A stretch of 63,522 nt of DNA, the filler included, from Octopus bimaculoides (lineage: Eukaryota): assembly GCF_001194135.2 (NCBI RefSeq). It is 4 parts of 3 records of this genome, joined end to end, with 100 filler letters (N's around TTAATTAATTAA, not from the genome) between each part and the next. Parts side by side here need not be neighbours in the genome. Positions count along the whole stretch, not along the records: positions 46,933 to 63,522 come from NC_068986.1; 3 more parts are not named here. One strand, written 5' to 3'. Positions 51,061 through 63,522 of the stretch are shown here, piece by piece. Numbering within the stretch: position 1 is the first letter of the stretch; every line of letters begins with the position of its first letter. The notes under the pieces were generated by a model. That model saw only the letters and a list, made by a program, of their open reading frames with translations. It ran no database searches and had not been told where the DNA came from. The translations under genes were made by a program, and so were the position numbers.

Positions 51061-52311
51061 AGTAATATTAATAAAGATGATGATAATGGTGATGATGATT
51101 TTCTTTTATTTGCTCAAAAATGTGTGATACTAAATAAAGTAATGTTAGTTATGTTGTTTAGAGATGATAGTTTTCAGCCTTGAGCTAATTTGAATCTTTA
51201 AATATCTCTTTACTAATTTGTAGAAAAAGACGAAGATTTACTTCTACATATTCTCTTGTCGTCCATCATTAATTGGTAAAGCATTGTTTTTATTGTTTAA
51301 TTCACATCCACATATCACGTATAAAATGTTAAGAGAATAATGTAGACAACAACAACAACAACAACAAGAGCAACCACAGCAATAACAACAATAGCAACGC
51401 GACGTGATGCCAAATAACGTTTGGAAAGTATTTCGTATCGATCAAATGTTTATCCAACCAGACCAGTGATGCCATCTGCCAATAGTGAAAATGGCGCTTT
51501 TTTAAATATAGAAAGAAGTTGCTATGAAATTTTATGATCATGCAATTTTAAATTTCACTTAAAGTCGACAATCTTTTGGCATTAATTAAGAAACAAAGAG
51601 AAAAGAGGGAAAAAAGAGAATGAAGGAGAATAAAACACGCGCGCGCGCGCGCACACACACACACACAAAACACGTAAGAAACACTATACTTTCAACGTCA
51701 CTTTATTAGGAATATTGAGTAGTAATTTCGCCTTTAGCGCTCAATGATTTTTAAATACAAAATGGCGCTAACGAGTGAAATGGCACAAGTTGAAGGAAAT
51801 AAATTATGATTTTCAGCATTAGAATAAATGTAAAAAAACAAAGTAAATACAATAACAAAAGCAACTAAATAACGTTCAGCAACTAAATAACGTTCAGCAA
51901 CTAAAGGAAAATTTTCGTAGATATTTTCATATCTTTTAATATATTCTTTTATGTTATTTGATGAAGGAAAGGATGGAAGGATCGTTGCCTAAACACTACC
52001 AAAACCAGTGTCGGTGAGAAATACATCTTTTATCTATTACTTGTTTCAATCATTAGACTGCGGCCATGCAGGGACACTGCCTTGAAGAATTTTTAGTCGA
52101 ATGTATGGTCCCCAGTACATATACATACATGTATTCAAGCACACAAACACACGTGTACGCACATACACACACGTACATATCTTTATACACACACGCACTC
52201 ATATGTGTATATGTATGTATATGTATGTATATCTAAAAAAATATATATACGTATATGTATGTATATCTAAAAAGAGTTACTAATACAAACAACAGTGTCG
52301 CAGAATCAGCT

Positions 52312-52358
<47 letters not shown>

Positions 52359-52384
52359 GCTACTGACAATGATGATGATGATAT

Positions 52385-52650
52385 CAGGTTTGGGCACAGG
52401 GCCAAACCCTTCTGAGGAGACAATTCAGCCGATGCCATCGACCTTAGTATTTAATTGATTATTTTATCGACCCAGGAAAGACGAAAGGAAAGTTAGCCGC
52501 CACAGGATTTGAACTCAGAGTGTGAAGGGCCAGAATAAATCCTGCAAGGTATTTTGCGACGCTAGCAATTCTGTCATTCTACCACCATAAAATCCTAATT
52601 GACATTTTATTTCATCGATCCTGAAAAAATGAAAAGCAAAGTTGACCTCA
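52385..52650 (-). mobile_element. SINE family B, one decayed copy plus a fragment
   Basis: ttattttatcgacccaggaaagacgaaagg...ggatttgaactcagagtgtgaag. Confidence 0.75.
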
Positions 52651-52659
52651 GTGAGAGAA

Positions 52660-53410
52660 ATGAAAGTCAAGGTCAGCGAGGCGTATCAATAAAGGGTAAA
52701 GATGGTGTTGAAATCCAACCTAAATGCCAAAAATGTGATAACTGTAATGAATATCTGGGCAGTTGCAGTGGTCAGATGTAGCACGTCAATCCTCAAATGG
52801 ACTAAGGAGGAAATACCAACACTGGATAGAAGGACGAGAAAGTTGATGACGCTGCGAGGGGCGCTACACCCTAAAGCAAACGTAAACAGACTGTACATGA
52901 AAAGAAAGAATGGTGGCAGAGGACTAATTAGTATTGACCATTGTATAAGGAGTGAAAGGAGAACGCTTGCCGAGTATTTGATAAATAGTGATGAAGACCT
53001 GCTGCAATATGCCACGAAAGATATGGATGTAAATGCAGATGAAATGATGGGCAACGAAGAGTTTAACCAAAGAGCTGAGAAGAGAAAAGAAGACCTTCTC
53101 GTAATGAGAATGCGTGGACAGTTTGAAAGGAATACACAAGAGGTTAAGGATAATACAGCATTGTGGGCTGGGCTTGAGCGAGGTGATTTGAAGTGTAACA
53201 CCAAAAGCCTGATCATTGCTGCACAAGACCAGGCTCTCGCTACCAATTCAGTGAAGTATAACATCTATAAAACTTCTGACTCCCAGAAATGCAGACTCTG
53301 TGGAAAGAGTGTGGAAAATGTGACACATTTGGTAAGTGGATGTGAGAGCCTTGCACAAAAAGAATACGAGTACCACCACGGTAAAGTGTGTGTGTATCTT
53401 CATTGGATCG
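52660..53410 (+). mobile_element. R4/Dong-like fragment with an uninterrupted frame of about 235 aa
   Basis: LDRRTRKLM...LHPKANVNRLYMKRKNGGRGLISI...IIAAQDQALATN...CRLCGKSVENVTHLVSGC (CCHC). Confidence 0.9.
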
Positions 53411-53459
53411 TAAATACCAATAAAAAGAAAAAAAGAACCGTGACAACCAAAATTTACTA

Positions 53460-55337
53460 CCAGTAGAACAGATGGGTTGCAGGAAGAAGGCCAGAGGAAG
53501 GCATGATCTATTATATATAGACAGAGCAGTTGTAAATGAAGTAAAAACCAAAGAGAAAATAGGAAAGATTATAGGAAAGCCTGTGACATGATCCTATATC
53601 CATGGATAGGTGAATGTCTGAGTATATTCAGTATAACAGACTACATAAGAAAATTAATTAGCTTTAGCATGAAAAAATGGAAGGTAGAACTCTACTAAAG
53701 TGACAGACTCTTAGAGAGAGTTAATATCAAAATAAGAATTTTCCAGTGGGGCTCGTTGTCCCCTTTAATATTTGTCTTATTTTTGACCCCCTTCAGTTTA
53801 GTATTCAGGAGGGCATAGGTAGGGTACCAGTTAGAAATAGTAAGGGAAAAATTAACTAGATGCTCTACATGGATGATCTGAAGCATTTTAGTAAGAATGA
53901 AAAAGAGATAGATTCCTTAATACAGAGTGTAAGACTCTTCAGCAAAGATATAGGCATAGAATTTGACAGATAAGAGTGAAATACTAGTTATGAAAAGGGG
54001 ACAGGTAGTCAACAGCGAAGGCATCGGATTACCAGATGATCAGATATTAAAATCATTGAGAGGAGTGAGTTATAAATATCTAGGTGTACTAGAATATGAC
54101 AGAGCACTAACTACAGAAATGAAAACGAAAATTGAGAAGGAGTACATCAGAAAGGTGAGGAAGCTAATGAAGTCAAAGCTAAATGGTCCGAATCTTGTGA
54201 AGGCTGTAAATACTTGGGCATAATCATTACTTAGATTCTCAACAGCTTTTGTAGATTGGACAAAAACTGAATTAGGAAAGCTGGACAAAAGAACTAAGGA
54301 GGAATTCAATATGAATGGAGGACGCCACAGAAGAGGAGGAGTAGAAAGATTATACCTACTTAGAAAGGAAGGTGGAAGAGGGTTAATATCAGTAGAAGAC
54401 TACGTGGTGTTAGGCAGAGTAGATATAGACTCCTATGTAGGTAACAGCAAGACATAGGGAAACTAAAACACCAAACGAACTTAATAAGCAGAAAAAGAAC
54501 AGAAATTATCTGATTGGCAGGAGAAGGCGTTGCATGGTAGATTTCCAAAGATAGTTTCAGCAAATAACAGTAGTGAGACATAATTATGGCTGCAGAAAGG
54601 AAAACTGAAGAGGGAGACAGAAAGGTTGTTAGTAGCTACACAAGATCAAGCATTAAAGACTAATTGGATAAATGCCAAAATAGACAAAAACCAAGTAGAT
54701 TCTCAATGTAGATTATGCAAATCAAAAGAGGAAAGCGTTACTCATATAATAAGTGAATGTAGCATGGTGGCACAGAAAGAATACATGAAAAAACATGACA
54801 ACCAAGGGAGAACAATCCACTGGGAGCTTTGTAGAAAGCTAGAATTTGAACATTCTGATAAATGGTATGAACATGAACCTAGTAATGTACTAGAAAATAA
54901 GAAATGCAAGATGTTGTGAAACTTTGACATCCAAACTGACAGAGTAATAGTAGATAGAAATCCTGATTTGGTAGTAGTAGACAAAGAGAATAGAAAGTAG
55001 CAGATAATTGACTTTACAATCCCAAATGATGAAAAATTCTATATGAGAGGTTTAGAAAAACGAGCAAAGTACCAGGACCTAGCTATTGAATTAGAGAGTC
55101 TATGAGAAGTGCTGATAAAATGTATCCCAGTAGTTATAGGTGCATTGGGAATTATCCGTAAAGATCTAAACAGATGGATAGAGGAAATAACTATAAACCC
55201 AGTTTAGTAGAGCTGCAAAAAACAGTGTTATTAGGGACAGCTAGGATACTTAGGAGGGTTCTTGGCATCTAAGGTTACTTGTAGCCCGATGTTAGGATCT
55301 TTTTCTTTTCCAATAGTCTAATCTGATGAGTATATGA
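53460..55337 (+). mobile_element. R4/Dong-like retrotransposon, 5'-truncated: RT, CCHC, restriction-like endonuclease and 3' UTR
   Basis: IFQWGSLSPLIF, YMDDL (53866-80), YKYLGVLE, CRLC...HIISEC (from 54707), NPDLVVVD, IIDFTIP, KYQDLAIE; ends in an (AAT/GAT)n array at 55338-55470. Confidence 0.92.
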
Positions 55338-55360
55338 AAATAATAATGATAATAATAATA

Positions 55361-55401
<41 letters not shown>

Positions 55402-55405
55402 AATG

Positions 55406-55472
<67 letters not shown>

Positions 55473-55474
55473 TG

Positions 55475-55625
55475 TTTCAGATTTAGGCACAAGGCCCGTA
55501 TTTTTAGGTGGGTGGAGAACTAGTCAATTACATCGACTTCAGTGCTCATCTGGTATTTGTTTTATCGACGCCAAAAGTATGAAATATAAAGTTGACCTCG
55601 GCAGAGGTTTAATTTAGAACGTAAA
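55475..55625 (-). mobile_element. SINE family B fragment
   Basis: ttaggcacaaggccc...atcgac...gttgacctcggcag. Confidence 0.8.
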
Positions 55626-56389
55626 CAATAAAAACAATGATAATATCTTCAGTACTTCAAATTATGACAAAATTGGTATTAAAAGAGAAAATGGCCAAGA
55701 CGTTTTAAATGAAAATCCTAGCTTCGAGAAATTTTATAATGACCTTCATTGTGATATTTGTAAACCAATTTATTTGTGACGTCAAAAAAAAAAAAATGAT
55801 TGCTATTTCAATGACACTCTTTAGGCAAATTTCCCCTTGAAGGAAATAAATTAAAAAAAAATTGTTCATTATTTGTCCCGCTAGGTTTTTCAACGTTTAA
55901 TTTTCTCTTACTTAAGATGTGAGAAAACGACGAAGTTATGGATGAAAAGATCGCCTAGCAATTTTCTTTTTTTTAGAATTTTATTGTCTTATTTAAGTTC
56001 ATTATGATAAAAATGAAAATGGATGTTAAAATAATTGTTCAAAGTAACCTCTTCCTTAGTCATCTACAATGATGTCTCATTCACTCTTTTGCATCCGAAA
56101 TGTTATATGCAAATATAAAAATAAATTAATGCATTTACCGACGTACAATACGCCGCTCTCTCGCACAAGACGCACACTCTTCCATAAGACTCGCTCCTAT
56201 TTTTCAAGTATATTTTGTGGTAGAAAACAGATCTATTGTTCCATCATACTGTTTTTTTTTGTACGGGAAAATTTATGATCCTGTGTGTGTAATGCTGTGA
56301 CAGTAAAGTAGAATAAAGTGTGAAACTATAAATTTATAATAAATACTTTACGTTCTTCAATTTTATCTTTCAAATCAGCCTCGTAGTTA

Positions 56390-57100
56390 TCTATATTTCC
56401 ACCAGTAGGAAAATTCCCATAAGCAAACACCTAGACCAATGCCCCGTAAACATAAACCCGAAATACCAAATCTTCCCTCTCTCTCAATGCACTGGAAACA
56501 CTTCAACCCAGTTCCGTTTGAACAAGGAAAGCATATTCATTAAAAAATATAAACCACAGCTGAATATCCTTTAGAAAGAAGAAAAACACTAAAGAGGAAA
56601 AGGAAAAAGACTTAATTTCTTCACAAAAAGACAACCAAGAATAACAAACAATTAAAAAAAAACTTTAGTAACAGTCTTTCACCCTGGCTTTGAAACCGCA
56701 ATTTCAAATTACCATACAATAACACCATACAAATATCAATTGCCGACGCCACCTATCTCTAGACCAATGAAATTTTACTAACACTAGTTGCTGACGTCAC
56801 CTAACTCTGCACCAATCAAAAACGTACTTCAGCAAATACAAAAAAAAAAAAATGACCCTTTAAGAGAATCAACCAGCCGGAACGACTAATGACCGTTCCC
56901 TACAGAGAAGCCAATCAGGCAGAACGACAAACTTGACCACCGTAAAAGAAAACTTTAAAGAATCAAAAATCAGAACCGCTCGCGGAAATATTATAAATAC
57001 ACCGGATTCCAAAACACACCACTATAAGCGAAAGTGCCTTCACACGACGGAAAGAGGGCCAGAGAAACTGTAAACTAAATCATTTTTTTACTATCTTTAT
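56390..57100 (+). mobile_element. Penelope-like ORF end plus terminal repeat (pLTR)
   Basis: RKIPISKHLDQCPVNINPKYQIFPLSQCTGNTSTQFRLNKESIFIKKYKPQLN* resembles the GIY-YIG C-terminus at 34211; followed by a promoter-like 3' region. Confidence 0.72.
56741..57025 (+). promoter_or_regulatory. Pol II promoter array within the pLTR
   Basis: CCAAT at 56764, 56812 and 56911; CRE TGACGTCA 56792-99; TATAAATA 56992-99; Inr-like CCACT with A at 57021 (29 nt from the TATA start). Confidence 0.62.
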
Positions 57101-57629
57101 NNNNNNNNNNNNNNNNNNNNNNNNNNNNNNNNNNNNNNNNNNNNNNNNNNNNNNNNNNNNNNNNNNNNNNNNNNNNNNNNNNNNNNNNNNNNNNNNNNNN
57201 NNNNNNNNNNNNNNNNNNNNNNNNNNNNNNNNNNNNNNNNNNNNNNNNNNNNNNNNNNNNNNNNNNNNNNNNNNNNNNNNNNNNNNNNNNNNNNNNNNNN
57301 NNNNNNNNNNNNNNNNNNNNNNNNNNNNNNNNNNNNNNNNNNNNNNNNNNNNNNNNNNNNNNNNNNNNNNNNNNNNNNNNNNNNNNNNNNNNNNNNNNNN
57401 NNNNNNNNNNNNNNNNNNNNNNNNNNNNNNNNNNNNNNNNNNNNNNNNNNNNNNNNNNNNNNNNNNNNNNNNNNNNNNNNNNNNNNNNNNNNNNNNNNNN
57501 NNNNNNNNNNNNNNNNNNNNNNNNNNNNNNNNNNNNNNNNNNNNNNNNNNNNNNNNNNNNNNNNNNNNNNNNNNNNNNNNNNNNNNNNNNNNNNNNNNNN
57601 NNNNNNNNNNNNNNNNNNNNNNNNNNNNN

Positions 57630-57790
57630 AACAAAGAAGTGTATTAGTTTGACGCTCGTGAAAATATGAAAAAGGTTTTAACATTTCGAGCCTACGCTCT
57701 TCAGCAGAAAGGAATATGAGAAAATAAACAGAGGAGCAATGAAAAAAAACTTATATATTTCAGCAGTCCATCGATCGGAAAAATAAAGAA
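57630..57790 (-). mobile_element. pLTR-like repeat related to 32580-32700, with a decayed hammerhead motif at 57676-57710
   Basis: Minus strand ttt-CUGCUGA-A-GAGC-guag-GCUC-GAAA-U-GUU-aaa, and gagcgtc..ctaatac shared with the 32660 region. Confidence 0.55.
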
Positions 57791-58556
57791 GTTGAAAGAA
57801 AGGGAGATAATAATAAAAAGAGAGAGGTTTAATGAAAGCGCGATAATAAAGTGGTAGCGATTTCAACAAGAGAAGGTGCGCGTACCTATGTGTGTGAGAA
57901 TGGTGTGTGTGAGTGTGTGTGCGTGCGTGTGTGTATCAGTTGATGCACACTTCTTCACATGGTGAGTATGCACGTATGTGTGTGTGTGATCAAACAGTGT
58001 GCATGTGTATGGTGTATATATGTGGGCGAAAGTTATCTTTGCCTATGTATGTTGGGTGTGTTAATGTGTGTTGCGTGTGTATGTATGTATTGCCTGTGTA
58101 CAGGTATTATGTACTGGAGTGGATGTGAGAGTGTGTGCTTTGTGTACTGAATTAAATACTGTGTGTGTCACTGCTCATATAGTGGTATGTGTGTTGACGT
58201 TATTGAAGATTGCGTATGTATGTGTGGATGATGGGGTGTGGTGTTGGTGCTGGAAAGTGGTCAGTGCTAGTGTATGTGTGTGTGAAGTCGCATGGGACTG
58301 GTATCAAAGGAAGAGAGGAGCGAGATTGGTGTCAAATGAAGAGAGAAGGGGAGTTGAGCCCATGTGACGCAAAGGAGTGAAGAGAGGTGATTAATTCCTG
58401 TTCACTGCGAATAGCCCCTGATGCAAAGACAGTCCTAATGGCGCCTATGCAATGACAGTCCGATCACAAAGAAGATGCTATGTGTCGATATGTATTATAT
58501 GTGTACGCATTTTAAGTCGAATTTATAAATGTATGTGTATGATTGCCTAATTCGAG

Positions 58557-58599
<43 letters not shown>

Positions 58600-58956
58600 N
58601 NNNNNNNNNNNNNNNNNNNNNNNNNNNNNNNNNNNNNNNNNNNNNNNNNNNNNNNNNNNNNNNNNNNNNNNNNNNNNNNNNNNNNNNNNNNNNNNNNNNN
58701 NNNNNNNNNNNNNNNNNNNNNNNNNNNNNNNNNNNNNNNNNNNNNNNNNNNNNNNNNNNNNNNNNNNNNNNNNNNNNNNNNNNNNNNNNNNNNNNNNNNN
58801 NNNNNNNNNNNNNNNNNNNNNNNNNNNNNNNNNNNNNNNNNNNNNNNNNNNNNNNNNNNNNNNNNNNNNNNNNNNNNNNNNNNNNNNNNNNNNNNNNNNN
58901 NNNNNNNNNNNNNNNNNNNNNNNNNNNNNNNNNNNNNNNNNNNNNNNNNNNNNNNN

Positions 58957-58995
<39 letters not shown>

Positions 58996-59394
58996 CGTGT
59001 GTGTCTCTTCGTCGATTGTTTACTCTGTACGTCCACTCTGTTGTTTGTTCGAAGCCCTAAATCTCCAAAAATTTAATATTTAAAAAAATTCTGGATGCTG
59101 CTGTCTTATGAAGTTTTCGTATCTTCTCAAAGGCACAAAATGGGTAGTAATAAACAGTGGACAACTGATGAGAGACTTATTCTCTTTTGGCATTTTGTCT
59201 CGTGTGTTTACGTATTTTTCACGTGTTGGTGATGTCCTGTACTTAATGTATATTTTTTATTTACTTATAATCGAACGCCACGCAGGGTTGTCCACAGTAA
59301 GTTATTACATATCTATCTATCTATATGTATGTGAGTGTGTATGTGTGCTTATATATATGTATATATATATATGTATATATCTCTATATGTGTCA

Positions 59395-59457
<63 letters not shown>

Positions 59458-60167
59458 CACCCAGATATCATATATATAATATATTGTTACATTTCGTGGT
59501 CATTTTTTGCCAAATAAATACAAGCATTATATGTTCCTTCTTCACTCGTTTATTGGTGTTCTTATTTTATGTCCATTGTCTGGAGATCTTTCGTCACACA
59601 TCTGTGACCTCTTTAGCGATCCTTTCCATCTACGTGTATCCTCCTGCTCCGCTTAATCCATTCTGCCCTATGATGTGTATCCTTATCTGCGCATGCGTTT
59701 GCATCTGTGTGTGTTCGTTCGTGTGCCTGTATATGCGTGCGTGTGTGTATGCGTGCATACGTGTTTTGCATGTGTGTGCATATGATCTTGCCGACTACAC
59801 TGTTTATATCCATGTCAGTTATATTGTTGTTGCTGCTATCGTTGTTGTTGTTAGTGCTATGTTCCCCTCACCTACTTTTCCTCTCCCATTACTGCTGCTG
59901 CTGTTCTTGGACCTTATTTTGATATTGTTCTTGTATCTTTCTGTGTTTGTGTGTTTGTTCATGTTGTTGCCATCGTGGTTGTTGTTGTTGTTGATGCAGC
60001 CGTTTATGAAGTTACTGTATGTGTATTTGTGTGTGTGTGTGTGTGTGTGTGCGTGTGTGTGTATGGGCTTGCATATATGACCGCACTCGGTTTCACACCA
60101 GGAATCTTGCATCACAAATTCATAAACGCACACACACACACACGCACACACACACGCNNNNNNNNNN

Positions 60168-60210
<43 letters not shown>

Positions 60211-60899
60211 TATTAAAGGCTGTATTTTGATGATGTTTTAGCTTTTGTCGCTTTTAAAGACACTAAATTTACATAAAGAATCTCCACTCGCCTTGTCTCC
60301 GCGCATAAATATATCATTTCATATCAAAATATAAATATATACCACAAATTCTCTGTACCTTGTGACACTGTTTTTTTTGACGCGTTTGTTCTGCAAGCCG
60401 CAACCGTTTCTCTTCCTCTCTTCTACAACGTCATTAAATTCGCTTGTCAAACGAATCGTTCTTCTACTTATCTAGATATATCGAAAGTATTTTATTTTTC
60501 AGTTGCCAAATAACACAAAACAAACTGAAAAACAAAAGACAAAAAAGAAATCGAACTTAGTTAGAACCTAATTAGATTTTCTTCTTAACGAAAAAAATAA
60601 AAGGTATAACAGAAAATAACATCAAAACATTTTTGTGAGTTTCATGTAAGTTGTTGTTATTATTATTATTATTATTATTTTTGTTGTTGTTGTTGTTGCT
60701 TTATTTTATACGAACTGTTCCAAATCTCACCCAGAGACCTCATGCAGCAAGCTGGACGTTTTACTAAGGATTTTATTTAAGGTTAGCACTGTAGGGAAAT
60801 AGACCAAACACTGAGTTAAGGTTCTCTTAAATTTGTAATATTTGCAATTTTGAAAAATTGTTAAGAGAATCAGATATTTTCTGGTTGACAATGTGTTTC

Positions 60900-61480
60900 G
60901 AAGAATATGGTCAGTTCCCAGAGGAACAATTTTTTGTAGTTGTGATACTTATGGATTCCCTAACATTTGACAATAGCGTTTAAGAATACCATTTGGTATT
61001 ATCCCGAAAGCTCAGATGATTACAAGTCCAATTGTCGCTCTCTTATTTTTGTACTTCTATTATAATTATATATATTATATACAATTTAGATTGTATTTCT
61101 TGCTCGATGGCAACTTTATAAATTGTGAGCTATATTTCGTATGTGATATACAGGTGATGCTATGTGTTTTACAAGGTACGATAGAATAACATCCCATATT
61201 TTACAGAACAAAAATATGGAATCTAGGAAGTGGTTTGTAATATATTAATGAATGACAAATATGCGATGTAAGTTGATGTCAGTTGAGCGACGATTATGTT
61301 AGAGTGTGTGTTGTGAATCATATGAACTTGTAAAACATTCGGCCTGAAATCAAAGTTAAAGGTATGCTTACAGAAGAAGTAAACTCCTTAGACGTTACTC
61401 TTGACTCTAGTTTCAATCACTCCATTATACACTCCTGCACAGTTAGACTATCTACCTAACCTCTTCAGTCAACTATCCAA
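60900..61480 (+). mobile_element. Ancient L2/CR1/Jockey-type LINE RT remnant
   Basis: VPRGTIF (VPQGSIL motif), YTGD (YADD), ESRKWF, EEVNSLDVTLDSSFN (LGVTLDS motif), in colinear order. Confidence 0.5.
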
Positions 61481-61738
61481 CAATAACAAATAGAGAGTGC
61501 CATCACATAAATGTATAGTCGTAGTATTGTATAACGTTTATAACAACTTAGTATTTAGAAAGAACCAAGAATTCATTAGAAACAAACAACAATCTCTCCA
61601 ACATGAATGAAAACGGTCATCCGTTATAACACCCAATGCAACTGTAATGCTCAAAACAAACATTTACTGCAAGCATTTCTTTTCGCTCATAAGTTGACAT
61701 TTCAGACACAGATTCTATCAGATGTTTAACAAAAACTG

Positions 61739-61835
61739 CAAGGGTTGGACAAAATAATGGAAATACCTAGCATCATAGCATGATAATTTTGAAATATCTA
61801 TAAAACTGTCAAAAGCTTGTTTACTTTCATGTTTT
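61739..61835 (+). mobile_element. Solo left end of the same Tc1 family as 2024-3290
   Basis: caagggttggacaaaataatggaaatacctagcatc...gaaatatctataaaac aligns with 2024-2100. Confidence 0.85.
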
Positions 61836-61935
61836 TTTTTAAATAATAATAATAATAATAAATAATATTTATAGGATTGATGTTACTCCTCCAGAAAGTA
61901 GAGACAATAAAGAAGAGTGCGACTGTTATTAAATG

Positions 61936-62008
<73 letters not shown>

Positions 62009-62025
62009 GCAACAACAACAACAAC

Positions 62026-62072
<47 letters not shown>

Positions 62073-62076
62073 TAAT

Positions 62077-62249
62077 GTGGGAGTGGCTGTGTGGTAAGTA
62101 GCTTGCTTACGAACCACATGGTTCCGGGTTCAGTCCCACTGCGTGGCACCTTGGGCAATTGTCTTCTACTATAGCCTCGGGCCGAACAAAGCCTTGTGAG
62201 TGGATTTGGTAGACGGAAACTGAAAGAAGCCCGTCGTATATATGTATAT
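62077..62249 (+). mobile_element. SINE family A, young copy running into a gap
   Basis: A-box-like tggctgtgtgg and B-box-like ggttcagtccc; CpGs intact. Confidence 0.92.
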
Positions 62250-62839
62250 NNNNNNNNNNNNNNNNNNNNNNNNNNNNNNNNNNNNNNNNNNNNNNNNNNN
62301 NNNNNNNNNNNNNNNNNNNNNNNNNNNNNNNNNNNNNNNNNNNNNNNNNNNNNNNNNNNNNNNNNNNNNNNNNNNNNNNNNNNNNNNNNNNNNNNNNNNN
62401 NNNNNNNNNNNNNNNNNNNNNNNNNNNNNNNNNNNNNNNNNNNNNNNNNNNNNNNNNNNNNNNNNNNNNNNNNNNNNNNNNNNNNNNNNNNNNNNNNNNN
62501 NNNNNNNNNNNNNNNNNNNNNNNNNNNNNNNNNNNNNNNNNNNNNNNNNNNNNNNNNNNNNNNNNNNNNNNNNNNNNNNNNNNNNNNNNNNNNNNNNNNN
62601 NNNNNNNNNNNNNNNNNNNNNNNNNNNNNNNNNNNNNNNNNNNNNNNNNNNNNNNNNNNNNNNNNNNNNNNNNNNNNNNNNNNNNNNNNNNNNNNNNNNN
62701 NNNNNNNNNNNNNNNNNNNNNNNNNNNNNNNNNNNNNNNNNNNNNNNNNNNNNNNNNNNNNNNNNNNNNNNNNNNNNNNNNNNNNNNNNNNNNNNNNNNN
62801 NNNNNNNNNNNNNNNNNNNNNNNNNNNNNNNNNNNNNNN

Positions 62840-63315
62840 CTTGGTATAAAAGATGGGCTACAGCAAATATTCTGCTTAATACCACAGATTTGCTTGTCAG
62901 TTGTTTGACCTTAACCAGTTGAGCATGTCCCTTGGTGGCTGACGATATGTGCATCTCTGATCATGAGCAGAAGTAGTGGGGGAGCATCATAGCCATGTGT
63001 TGAGAGGAATTCTTTGGGGTTTGAATAATTCACCTCTGGAAACATGGGTATTTTGCTCAACATCCTTAAACAAACCTTATTCAGGGACCTTTTGAGCGGG
63101 ATGGGCTACTCGACCTGACGAAAATTCTAACTGGGCCTCACCTGCGAGGTCATGTGCTGTTTATCTTGGTATCAGAACACCATGTCGCGCACATATGGTT
63201 GTAATGCATGTGCCTGGTGTACCCTTATCAGACGGGTAGTCATGATGGGTATACTGGGCTTCGTATATTTTACCACAGTGTCACTTTGATGGCATGCACT
63301 GCTCTCTTACTCAAT
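62840..63315 (+). mobile_element. Family E retroposon with (AAT)n tail (63313-63360)
   Basis: Homologue of 37240-37709. Confidence 0.88.
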
Positions 63316-63522
63316 AATAATAATAATAATAATAATAATGATAATAATAATAATAATAATAACACCGGGGAAGTTTAACGAACAGATAACACCGGGGAAG
63401 TTTAACATGTGAGTACGATAAATCACTGCTCCGAAACTTATCCAAAAACATCGGAAATAAAGACATCGCATGGAGCCCAAATATAGCTGACAAAGGGTTG
63501 GACTATACCCGAGTAAGTAATA

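Noticed and set aside
51861-51905. Short tandem repeats (18-bp unit here; 14-bp unit at about 21371; 27-bp period at 63359) as CRISPR-like arrays
   Set aside because: No unique spacers, two to three units only, eukaryotic context.
55320-55345. CUGAUGA-guauau-GAAA at the R4 3' end
   Set aside because: Stem II is too short, and stems I and III are absent.
56125-56285. Possible pogo/Tc2-type MITE
   Set aside because: Ends are too degenerate to define TIRs or a TSD.

Overview
AT-rich, repeat-dominated animal genomic DNA. The SINE families and microsatellite load match what I recall of octopus (probably Octopus bimaculoides); this is inferred from repeat recognition, not from a search. About a fifth of the window is N gaps, and almost all long ORFs in the track are microsatellite or N artefacts. 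One intact gene is clear: tRNA-Trp(CCA) at 10681-10752. The rest is mostly fossil mobile DNA: Tc1, two mariners, a probable Chapaev remnant, MITEs, RTE and L2/CR1 LINEs, several R4/Dong-type retrotransposons, six Penelope-like (PLE) GIY-YIG remnants, a probable solo LTR and many tRNA-derived SINEs (labelled A-D here, plus an (AAT)n-tailed family E; labels are mine). The most interesting signals are (1) four minimal hammerhead-ribozyme-like motifs with the same unusual architecture, in PLE-terminal-repeat-like context, (2) a PLE terminal repeat carrying a complete CRE/CCAAT/TATA/Inr promoter, and (3) a CpG-depleted block at 23.25-44.65 kb with phase-compatible candidate exons of an unrecognised small gene. 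That block is bounded by artificial scaffold spacers. Repeat boundaries are approximate unless a TIR or TSD is quoted.
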